DNA of 64,000 nt from an uncultured Planctomycetota bacterium (GTDB lineage: Bacteria; Planctomycetota; Planctomycetia; Isosphaerales; Isosphaeraceae). Of the stretch, positions 53,386-61,214 are shown one piece after another. The notes under the pieces are model-generated. The model was given only the letters and a program-made list of their open reading frames with translations. It did no database searches and was not told the DNA's origin. Where the stretch lies: positions 928,001 to 992,000 of the forward strand of contig CAWJTV010000011.1 of assembly GCA_963845755.1 (NCBI GenBank), read 5' to 3'. The number at the start of each line of letters is the position of its first letter. Within the stretch, counting starts at the first letter, position 1. The position numbers were made by a program, and so were the translations under genes.

Positions 53386-54810
53386 ATGGCCGACCGTCCG
53401 TACATCTTCTTCGAACTGACTAATAGCTTGTGCTCGACCTGCCTGCGCAAGGTCGAGGCGAAGGTGATCTTCCAGGAGGGGCGCGTCTACCTGGTCAAGC
53501 ACTGCCCCGAGCACAAGCAGGAAAAAGTCCTGATCTCGACGGACGTCGATTACTACCAGTTCTCGCGGCGTGCGCTCAAGCCGGGCACGATGCCGCGGAA
53601 GTTCAACACGGCGATCGAGCGCGGTTGTCCCTACGACTGTGGGCTCTGTCCCGACCACGAGCAGCACAGTTGCCTGGCGCTGGTCGAGATCACCGACCAC
53701 TGCAACCTGACCTGCCCGATCTGCTACGCCGAGAGTTCGCCGCGTCGCCCGTTGCATCGGTCGCTGGAGCAGATCGCGTTCATGCTCGACTGCGTCGTGC
53801 GGAACGAGGGTCGGCCGGACATCGTGCAGATCTCTGGCGGCGAGCCGACGATCCATCCCGAGTTCTTCGAGGTGCTCGACCTCGCCCGGCAGCGGCCGAT
53901 CAAGCACCTGATGGTCAACACCAACGGCGTGCGCATCGCCCAGGACGCCGAGTTCGTCCGGCGTCTCGGAGCGTACAAGCCGGGCTTCGAGGTGTACCTC
54001 CAGTTCGACTCGCTCGACGCGGTGCCCCAGCAGGCGTTGCGCGGCGCGGACCTGGTCGAGGTCCGCACCCGGGCGCTCGAGCACCTCAACAAGCACGGGA
54101 TCTCGACCACGCTGGTCGTCACGCTCAAGAAAGGGCTCAACGACGACCAGGTCGGCGCGATCATCGATTTCGCGCTGGAGCAGCCGTGCGTCCGCGGGGT
54201 GACGTTCCAGCCGGTGCAGGCCGCCGGACGGATCGAGGGGTTCGACCCGGCGCGCGACCGCTTGACGCTGGGCGAGGTCCGCGCGAGAATCCTCGAACAA
54301 TCGTCCCACTTCCAGCCCAGCGACATCGTGCCGGTCCCTTGCCATCCCGACTGCCTGGCCATGGCCTATGCACTGAAGCTCGGCGGCAAGGTTGTCCCCC
54401 TGACCCAGCTCCTGGACCCCACGACGCTCCTGGAGATGCAGGGCAACACGATCCTCAACGAGCAGGATCCCGAGATGCGCCGGCTCGTCCTCGAATTGTT
54501 CTCGACGTCACACTCGCCCGACTCGTCGGCCTGGACGCTGCGCCAGCTCCTCTGCTGCCTGCCGGAGCTGTCCGTGCCGCAGCAGCTCACCTATGACAAG
54601 ATCTTTCGCGTGTTGATCGTGCAGTTCCTCGACCCGTATAACTTCGACGTCCGCTCGGTGAAGAAGTCGTGCATCCACATCGTCCACCCGGACGGCCGGA
54701 TCATCCCATTTGACACGTATAATTTATTCTATCGCGACACGGTCGCCGCGCGGATGCCCGCGATGCCCTGGAATCAGAGTCTGCCGATCCTGGTCGGAGG
54801 GGTGTCATGA
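53386..54810 (+). CDS. Radical SAM enzyme of the Tes/GDGT-MAS (MJ0619-like) family
   Basis: N-terminal CSTC...CPEH, GCPYDCGLCPDH, CNLTCPIC SAM motif, SGGEPT, YLQFD and C-terminal SCIHIVHPDGRIIPF. Confidence 0.85.
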   Translation: MADRPYIFFELTNSLCSTCLRKVEAKVIFQEGRVYLVKHCPEHKQEKVLISTDVDYYQFSRRALKPGTMPRKFNTAIERGCPYDCGLCPDHEQHSCLALVEITDHCNLTCPICYAESSPRRPLHRSLEQIAFMLDCVVRNEGRPDIVQISGGEPTIHPEFFEVLDLARQRPIKHLMVNTNGVRIAQDAEFVRRLGAYKPGFEVYLQFDSLDAVPQQALRGADLVEVRTRALEHLNKHGISTTLVVTLKKGLNDDQVGAIIDFALEQPCVRGVTFQPVQAAGRIEGFDPARDRLTLGEVRARILEQSSHFQPSDIVPVPCHPDCLAMAYALKLGGKVVPLTQLLDPTTLLEMQGNTILNEQDPEMRRLVLELFSTSHSPDSSAWTLRQLLCCLPELSVPQQLTYDKIFRVLIVQFLDPYNFDVRSVKKSCIHIVHPDGRIIPFDTYNLFYRDTVAARMPAMPWNQSLPILVGGVS

Positions 54811-55124
54811 GCGATGCCCCCCTTGCGCCGGATTGCCGACACTGTGGCGCGGTGAACGACTCCGGTGCCTCGGAATGCTGGCAGTGCCACCGACGGGACT
54901 GGCGGGGCTCCCAAGGCCCCGTCGAGGAATCCCCGGTCTTGGCCTCCGTTCGAGGCGCAGGGGTCGTTGACGGGCGGCCTGGTCCTGATCATCACGATCC
55001 TCTGCGCGGTCGTCGGCCTGGCCTTCCGGGCCAGCCCGTACCTCGGCGCGTGGTCCTGCTCCCGACTCTTGTGATCCTTGCCCTGGCGGTCGCCCTGTTC
55101 ACGATCTGCATGGCATTCGGCTGA
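54807..55124 (+). CDS. Zn-ribbon membrane protein, paralog 1 (compensating frameshifts)
   Basis: CRHCGAVN...CWQCHRRDW, TM segment in the alternative frame, ends LALAVALFTICMAFG. Start overlaps the rSAM stop. Confidence 0.75.
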   Translation: MSDAPLAPDCRHCGAVNDSGASECWQCHRRDWRGSQGPVEESPVLASVRGAGVVDGRPGPDHHDPLRGRRPGLPGQPVPRRVVLLPTLVILALAVALFTICMAFG

Positions 55125-55134
55125 GGCCACCCCG

Positions 55135-55845
55135 ATGAGCACCATTCCCGCATCGCTCCCATCCGACGCATCGCCACTTCCCGGAAGCGAAGACCGCCCG
55201 TGGTACATCGTCGGCCGCTGGCAGGAATACCAGGGCGAGGCGCGGGCGAACCTGCTGCGGCTGGTGGCCGTCGCCGCGTTCTACGTCATCGAGCTGATCA
55301 ATTATTACGGCGTCGATCTGGGCTTCATCCAGCTCCCGAAAGTCAGCGACCTGGCGTTTCACAAGACCGTCACGGCGATCGCCGCGGCCTGGGTCTTGCT
55401 CGGCGTGGGAGTCCACTTCTGGCTGCGACTTCACCTCATGCCCGAGGCGCTGAAGTACGTCTCCACGAGTCTGGACGTCGTGCTCTTGACCCTCCTCCTG
55501 ATGGTCTCCGATGGGCCAAGGAGCCCGATCATCGCTGCCTATTTCCTGATCCCTGCCCTGGCCTGCCTGCGGTTCCAGCTCCGCTTGGTCTGGTTCGCGA
55601 CGATCGCCGCGATGCTCGGCTACGTCTGGCTGCTGGGTTGGGCGGTCTGGATCGAGAGCGTTCGGAACGTCCGCGTGCCGCGATACCACGAGCTGATCTT
55701 CCTGACGGCGCTGGCGATGAGCGGGATCATCCAGGGCCAGGTGATCCGCCGGGTGAAAGCGCTGGCCGCCGAGTATGCGCGCCGCCTGGCCTCCACCGGG
55801 GAGCCAGCTCGACCTGAGTCGAGCCCGGTTGGAGGAACCTCATGA
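55135..55845 (+). CDS. Polytopic membrane protein (about six TM helices)
   Basis: Repeated hydrophobic segments and EARANLLRL. Stop overlaps the next start. Confidence 0.75.
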   Translation: MSTIPASLPSDASPLPGSEDRPWYIVGRWQEYQGEARANLLRLVAVAAFYVIELINYYGVDLGFIQLPKVSDLAFHKTVTAIAAAWVLLGVGVHFWLRLHLMPEALKYVSTSLDVVLLTLLLMVSDGPRSPIIAAYFLIPALACLRFQLRLVWFATIAAMLGYVWLLGWAVWIESVRNVRVPRYHELIFLTALAMSGIIQGQVIRRVKALAAEYARRLASTGEPARPESSPVGGTS

Positions 55846-56201
55846 GCCGGATCGAACCCCGACCGAAACCGGAACCAAAGGGGAGTTGCTGGGACTGCGG
55901 CGCGACCAATTGGGCCGATGCCCGGGGTTGCTGGCTCTGCCACCGCCGCGATTGGAAGTCGGGCGCGATCGCGGCCTCCGTAGGACGCACGGCGGCTGAC
56001 GACGAGCCGACCCCAAAATCGAGAGATCGGGCCGATAAGGCCGCCAGGGTGAGCTCGATCGCATCCACGGTGCTCATCTCTCTAGCCGCGTTTGTCTTTG
56101 TGACGGTCGTCCTACCACTCATGGTCATCGGTTTTGTGACCGTCGCCCTGGTCATCGCCCTGAATCAGTTCTGCTCGGCCCTCACGGCTCACCCGCCTTG
56201 A
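55842..56201 (+). CDS. Zn-ribbon membrane protein, paralog 2
   Basis: CWDCGATN...CWLCHRRDW, ends VALVIALNQFCSALTAHPP. Confidence 0.8.
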   Translation: MSRIEPRPKPEPKGSCWDCGATNWADARGCWLCHRRDWKSGAIAASVGRTAADDEPTPKSRDRADKAARVSSIASTVLISLAAFVFVTVVLPLMVIGFVTVALVIALNQFCSALTAHPP

Positions 56202-56287
56202 TGGCCGGGCTGGGGAGGGCCCGCTTGGCTTCATCCGGAGACCACGAAGACAGCCCGGATCCCTGGTTTGCAGCAACTGAGGTTCCC

Positions 56288-56740
56288 ATGAGTTCCGAGA
56301 AACCGCCGGCTTCCCTGAGATGCTTCGACTGCGGCGCGGAGAACGACCCCGGCGCCTCGGAATGCTGGCTCTGCCATCGGCGGGACTGGCGAGAGGGCTC
56401 CGCGGGCGCCGAGCCGAAGTCCCTCGACTACGCGCCAGATCATCGAACAGCTCCATCGCGAGCGACTCGTGTCGATGACCGGCCGGATTGGTGTGGTCGC
56501 GCTCGGACTAGTGCTGCTCGCAACTCTCGCGGTTGCGCCGGACTGGCCATCGGGCTGGGGATCTTGGCGGTGCTGATCGCCCTCCCGGTCTGGGGTGCCG
56601 GGACGATTACCAAAGGGATGTCGCCGCTGGCCCGATTCTTCGTGACCTTGGTGCTAAGCCTCGTATTCTTAATCCTGCTGGTCGTGGCGCTCTACATCGC
56701 CCTTTATCTCATCTGCATCGCGATGGGCCTGATCGATTAG
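56288..56740 (+). CDS. Zn-ribbon membrane protein, paralog 3 (probable compensating frameshifts near 56460-56540)
   Basis: CFDCGAEN...CWLCHRRDW, ends VALYIALYLICIAMGLID. Confidence 0.78.
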   Translation: MSSEKPPASLRCFDCGAENDPGASECWLCHRRDWREGSAGAEPKSLDYAPDHRTAPSRATRVDDRPDWCGRARTSAARNSRGCAGLAIGLGILAVLIALPVWGAGTITKGMSPLARFFVTLVLSLVFLILLVVALYIALYLICIAMGLID

Positions 56741-56835
56741 AATGGAGCTCGAGAGGCCCCGGGATCACGGGACGAGTTTGACCCTGAGGGATGCCGGCGT
56801 CGGGAAGCGATCCGAAGCGAGAAAGAGTTTCCGCC

Positions 56836-57273
56836 ATGAGCGCCGGGATACCCCAACCGGAACTCCCCTGCTGGCACTGCGGTGCGTGGAACCACCGCGG
56901 CTCGTCGGAGTGCTGGCTGTGCCAGCGCCGGGATTGGAACAAGTCGCCCTTGCTCCCACCGAGGACGGCCGCCCGGTCGCCGCGCGGGCCGCTCTCGACC
57001 ATCGCGGGCCACATGATCTTGATCGCGCTGATCGCCGTGTTCCTGGTCATCTTCATCGCGGCGCCGCCCCTGGCTATCGCCTTGCTGGTTTGTGCCCTGC
57101 CGGCCTGGGCGATCGTCGAGATGAAAGCACGCCGCCGCCGTCGCCGAGGTGACTCGATGTCCGGCATCGAGAGAGCCCTGTGGATCGTCGGTCTGACGAT
57201 CGGGATCCCTATCGTGTTGGCAGTAGCTCTGGCCATCGCCTTGTTCACGTTCTGCGCCTTCATGCAGCGGTAG
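56836..57273 (+). CDS. Zn-ribbon membrane protein, paralog 4
   Basis: CWHCGAWN...CWLCQRRDW, ends VALAIALFTFCAFMQR. Confidence 0.8.
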   Translation: MSAGIPQPELPCWHCGAWNHRGSSECWLCQRRDWNKSPLLPPRTAARSPRGPLSTIAGHMILIALIAVFLVIFIAAPPLAIALLVCALPAWAIVEMKARRRRRRGDSMSGIERALWIVGLTIGIPIVLAVALAIALFTFCAFMQR

Positions 57274-57290
57274 ACGGAGATGAGACACCG

Positions 57291-58508
57291 ATGATCAACC
57301 CGCCGCCTACCCCTGGCCTGGCCTACACCGGGATCATGATCCTGTCGATCGCGACGGCAGTGATCTTGAAGCGCCGGGGCGACCGATCGTTGCCACTGTC
57401 GGCCGCGCAACGGTGGGGGATCGCGCTGGGGGCTTTCTGCGGCGCGATGATCGGCTCGAAGATTCCGTTCGTGCTGGCCGACTGGGAGGGCCTCATCAGC
57501 GGCCGGGCCTGGTTCGACAACGGCAAGACGATCCTGTTCGGCCTGGTCGGGGGTTATTTTGGCGTCGAGCTGGCCAAGGCAATTCTGGGCGTGACGGTCA
57601 AGACGGGGGACAGCTTCGCGGTGCCGGTAGCGGCGGCGGTGGCCGTGGGCCGGCTGGCCTGCTTCGTCGGAGGCTGCTGCTTCGGCAAGCCGACGAGTCT
57701 CCCCTGGGGCGTCGTGTTCCACGATGGCATCCCTCGCCACCCGACGCAGCTCTACGAAGCGGCGTTCCACGCCTCGGCCGCAGTGTTCCTGGCCTGGACC
57801 GAACGCCGGGGACTGTTCCGACTCCAGCGGATCAAGCTCTATTTGATCGCCTACTTGATCTATCGCTTCTTCACCGAGTTCATCCGCCCTGAGCCGGTCA
57901 TCGCCCTGAGCCTGACAGCCTATCAGTGGGGGGCACTGGCCTTGCTCCCGGTTTTCGCCTGGCTCTGGCGGCGCGACGCGGCGCCGCGCTCACTAGAGTT
58001 CGAGGATTTGCTCGCCGCCGTGCGCGGGATTGCCGGCCAGCGAGTGAGATTCCCAGTCCACGACGAGGTCGAGTCGCAGAAGTGGCAGCCGACCGATGAG
58101 GACCGGTGTGCCATCGGGGACTTCCACAACGTCCATCGTGCAGTCTCGCCCCTGGATGGTGAGCCGCACGGGGTCGTACATGGCGGCTTTCTGGTTCTGC
58201 GCCTCCAGTCCGAGCCGATGAATGACACAGGACGGAAGCGCGATCAGCTTCGTACTGGAATCCACCAGCGCGTTGGGAACCCTCACGCGCCGGACATGGT
58301 CGGCGGAGATCAATCCGCGCTCGGCGTCCCAGAGGTCCTTCAAACTCTCGATCGTCGCTTCCGTGAAAACACGCCCCATCGTTTCGGCCTCCATGGACTT
58401 CGCCTCCTTCGATATCAGGCATTCGGACGATCTGGCCCTATGACCATCGTGCTCCAAATTTCACCGAAAGACCAGTCAAGTCCGCGAGATCGGCGAACTG
58501 CGACGTGA
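57291..58508 (+). CDS. Prolipoprotein diacylglyceryl transferase (Lgt)-like protein; domain ends near 57990 and the ORF runs on antisense to the next gene
   Basis: GRLACFVGGCCFGKPTSLPWGV, RHPTQLYE and YRFFTEFIRP motifs. Confidence 0.85.
   Translation: MINPPPTPGLAYTGIMILSIATAVILKRRGDRSLPLSAAQRWGIALGAFCGAMIGSKIPFVLADWEGLISGRAWFDNGKTILFGLVGGYFGVELAKAILGVTVKTGDSFAVPVAAAVAVGRLACFVGGCCFGKPTSLPWGVVFHDGIPRHPTQLYEAAFHASAAVFLAWTERRGLFRLQRIKLYLIAYLIYRFFTEFIRPEPVIALSLTAYQWGALALLPVFAWLWRRDAAPRSLEFEDLLAAVRGIAGQRVRFPVHDEVESQKWQPTDEDRCAIGDFHNVHRAVSPLDGEPHGVVHGGFLVLRLQSEPMNDTGRKRDQLRTGIHQRVGNPHAPDMVGGDQSALGVPEVLQTLDRRFRENTPHRFGLHGLRLLRYQAFGRSGPMTIVLQISPKDQSSPRDRRTAT
57993..58394 (-). CDS. Retropepsin-like aspartyl protease family protein
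   Basis: MGRVFTEATIE...ALVDSSTKLIALP...PVLIGRLPL...DLVVD. The catalytic motif deviates from DTG/DSG. Confidence 0.7.
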   Translation of the reverse strand: MEAETMGRVFTEATIESLKDLWDAERGLISADHVRRVRVPNALVDSSTKLIALPSCVIHRLGLEAQNQKAAMYDPVRLTIQGRDCTMDVVEVPDGTPVLIGRLPLLRLDLVVDWESHSLAGNPAHGGEQILEL

Positions 58509-58616
58509 GGTGCAATCCCGGCCCGCCGGTTGACTCGGATCGGTTCACCCCGTTACGATCGGCGGAGACAAACCGCGTAAAGATGAAGCCCGTAACCCGA
58601 GATGGTAAGTCGAGCG

Positions 58617-59375
58617 ATGCAGATCCTTTTGACAAACGATGATGGTGTTTTTGCCCCCGGCTTGCGTGCGTTGCGCAAGGAGCTGATGCGGCTGGGGGAA
58701 GTGACCGTAGTGGCCCCGGCGATGGAGCAGAGCGGCGTGGCGCACTCGATCACGCTGCTCGAGCCCTTGGTGGTCAAGAAGGTCGAGGATGTCAACGGCA
58801 CGACCCTGGGCTGGAAGGTCGAGGGGAGCCCGGCCGACAGCGTCAAACTGGGGATCTGCGAGTTGATGGCGCGCCCCCCGGACCTGATCGTCTCGGGGAT
58901 CAATTCGGGGTCCAACGCTGGGATCAACGTGCTGTACTCCGGCACGGTCGCCGCGGCGATCGAGGGGGCTTTTTTCAAGATCACGAGCATCGCGATCTCG
59001 CTGGAGCTCTCCGAGCACTTCGATTTCCCCCACGCGGCGCGGCACGCCGTGCGGGTGATCGAGAAGATCCTGGCCAATCGGCCGCCGAACGGCTCGCTGT
59101 TCAACGTCAATCTGCCGGCCCACTCGCGCGGCGAGCCCCGGGGCATCCGCGTCGTCCCCATGGGGCTGGGCCGCTACGGTGAAGGCTTCGAGCGCCGGCA
59201 GGACCCCCGCGGTCGCACTTACTACTGGATGACCTACAACCCGCCCTATCACCTCGAAGGACCCGAGACCGACGTCACCAGCCTCTGCGAAGGTTACATC
59301 ACCGTCACCCCACTCCATTTCGATCTGACCCTCCACGATCGGATCGACGAGATCGGTCGATGGAAGTGGGATTAG
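58617..59375 (+). CDS. surE: 5-prime/3-prime nucleotidase SurE
   Basis: ILLTNDDG, EQSG, GSPADSV and SGINSGSNAG..VLYSGTVAAAIEG. Confidence 0.95.
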   Translation: MQILLTNDDGVFAPGLRALRKELMRLGEVTVVAPAMEQSGVAHSITLLEPLVVKKVEDVNGTTLGWKVEGSPADSVKLGICELMARPPDLIVSGINSGSNAGINVLYSGTVAAAIEGAFFKITSIAISLELSEHFDFPHAARHAVRVIEKILANRPPNGSLFNVNLPAHSRGEPRGIRVVPMGLGRYGEGFERRQDPRGRTYYWMTYNPPYHLEGPETDVTSLCEGYITVTPLHFDLTLHDRIDEIGRWKWD

Positions 59376-59408
59376 CCCTCGGAAGCCTCCGGCCTCAAGG
59401 AGACAGCC

Positions 59409-60032
59409 ATGCCCCCGCGACCGCCATCGCGACCCAACGGTTCCCGACGTCCGGCCCGACGCCGACTCGCCCCCCTGAACTGGCTGGGTGTCGTCGCCTG
59501 CGCCCTGGCTTGCGCCGGCTGCGAGGAGGAAGTCCGGCATGTCGCCGATGCCAAGCGGCCCGAGACCCGTGCGCCGGGAATCGCCGGAGTCGTCATCGAC
59601 CAGGACGACATGGCCCGGCCCGCCGCCAATCCTCAAGCCCAGGCCAAGCTCCAAGCGCCGGCCAAACCCCGTCCGATCCTCAACAAACGCACCAATGACA
59701 TCCGAAACGCGCAGACCGAGCTGCAATCGGGCGGAGCCAAAGTCGCCTCGACCCGGATCGTCGCCAAGGATCCCATCACGCTCCAGGGCAACGCATATGT
59801 CTCCATCATCGGCCGCGCATCGACGGACAACATCAAGCACGCCATCGATCTGTGGCAAGCCGAGAACGGTCGCTACCCCAAGGATTATAATGAGTTCATG
59901 GAAGAGATCATCAAGAAGAACAACATCGCCCTGCCGCAACTCCCTTACTACCAGGAGTACGGCTACGACGAGAATCAGCACAAGCTCATCATCCTGGAAT
60001 ATCCGGACCGCAAGGCGCAACCGCCGCAATAA
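59409..60032 (+). CDS. Putative lipoprotein
   Basis: AAGGAG, basic n-region, hydrophobic stretch and lipobox-like LACAGC. Confidence 0.7.
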   Translation: MPPRPPSRPNGSRRPARRRLAPLNWLGVVACALACAGCEEEVRHVADAKRPETRAPGIAGVVIDQDDMARPAANPQAQAKLQAPAKPRPILNKRTNDIRNAQTELQSGGAKVASTRIVAKDPITLQGNAYVSIIGRASTDNIKHAIDLWQAENGRYPKDYNEFMEEIIKKNNIALPQLPYYQEYGYDENQHKLIILEYPDRKAQPPQ

Positions 60033-60103
60033 TCGGAAGGCTGAAGGGTGAGTCAGAACCGGGCTGATCTCGATTCATCGTCCTCCTTTCCTCCCCGGGA
60101 GAC

Positions 60104-60766
60104 TCAGTTCGGCTTGGGCGGGTTGCTGGGAGTGAGCGAACGGTCGACTTGCGGTGAATAGTGTCGAAGGCCGCTTCCCCCCCGGCCGATCCGGTTCGAA
60201 GAGGGGGTCCCGGAAGGCATGATCTGGGCCCCGTAGGGGATCTGAACCGGGGAGATCCGGTTGACCTTCCAGACACCCGGCTCGGTCTCCTGGAAGCCCA
60301 GCGACCAGACGGAAGTGCCCGAGCCGAGGTTTGTCCTGGCGAGGGCCCCGAACTCGGCGCTGCCCCGTCGCGACTGGTGGCCGGCATTGGTCCGAAGGTT
60401 CCGGATCGCGATGAAATCGAAGGTGGTATGGCTCAACCGCTCCTGGATCAGGCTGCGCGTCGCCTCACCGTCCAGGGCCGTGTCCCCTCTCAAGTATTGG
60501 ACGTTCGGAGTCAGGTGCGTCATCACCCGATCGACGTCCGAATCCAGGACCGCCTGCCGAAGGTCGTAGACCACGTCCTCGATTCGCTCCGTGTCGGTGA
60601 CCCAGACCCACTCGACGGCGACGAGCACCACGGCCAACCCCGCCGCAATCAACGCACCGATCAGGTATTTGCCCTGCTGCGTCACCTTCAGCGCGACCCC
60701 GAAGGCCGCGGCCAGCAGCAACAGCCCCGCCGCCAGGACCGTCGGATCCTCCGAAATATAGGTCAT
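60104..60766 (-). CDS. Membrane protein with a possible SnoaL/NTF2-like domain
   Basis: Two TM helices followed by VTDTERIE...DVDRVMTHL. Confidence 0.65.
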   Translation of the reverse strand: MTYISEDPTVLAAGLLLLAAAFGVALKVTQQGKYLIGALIAAGLAVVLVAVEWVWVTDTERIEDVVYDLRQAVLDSDVDRVMTHLTPNVQYLRGDTALDGEATRSLIQERLSHTTFDFIAIRNLRTNAGHQSRRGSAEFGALARTNLGSGTSVWSLGFQETEPGVWKVNRISPVQIPYGAQIMPSGTPSSNRIGRGGSGLRHYSPQVDRSLTPSNPPKPN

Positions 60767-61214
60767 CGAGATCCACTCCTCAGAGCCGGATGATTGGTCG
60801 TTCGCAGATGAATTGAACTCTCGACCGCGACTCCACCGGGCCACTCCGATCGCCCTGCGACCGCCACCACCCGGGGGCATCGCCCCGGAAGGATGAAGGC
60901 TGAGTCAGAAATGTCGCCCTCCGGGCACCGAGGCCAGCCAACCCAGGCCCGGCTTCGGAAGTCCGGGGTGGCTGGCGCCGAGCCGGCTTTTTCATCCTTC
61001 ATCCTTCCCGACGTCGTGCCGCGACCACGAGGTTCACCGAAAGGGATTCGCGGGCCATGACGGTTGATTCTCCTCTGACATTTGTCACACTTCTCTCATA
61101 GGCATTGTAGGCTGCGATTCTCGGCGGGAAAGGGGGTATACCGAGATTCCGGGGACAACGAGCGAGACCAGGGTTTCGAGCCGGTCGATCGCGCCAGGCC
61201 GGCGGAGGAACGGG

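Noticed and set aside
54807..57273. Cys-rich small ORFs as ranthipeptide/sactipeptide precursors for the rSAM
   Set aside because: The Cys form paired CxxC Zn-ribbon motifs on membrane proteins, and the enzyme is Tes-like with no evident SPASM or RRE domain. Not strictly excluded.
26911..60910. Recurring AAGG(C/G)TGAGTCAGAA motif at 26911, 60044 and 60896 as a regulator site
   Set aside because: More simply part of the heptamer repeat family; positions relative to gene starts are inconsistent.
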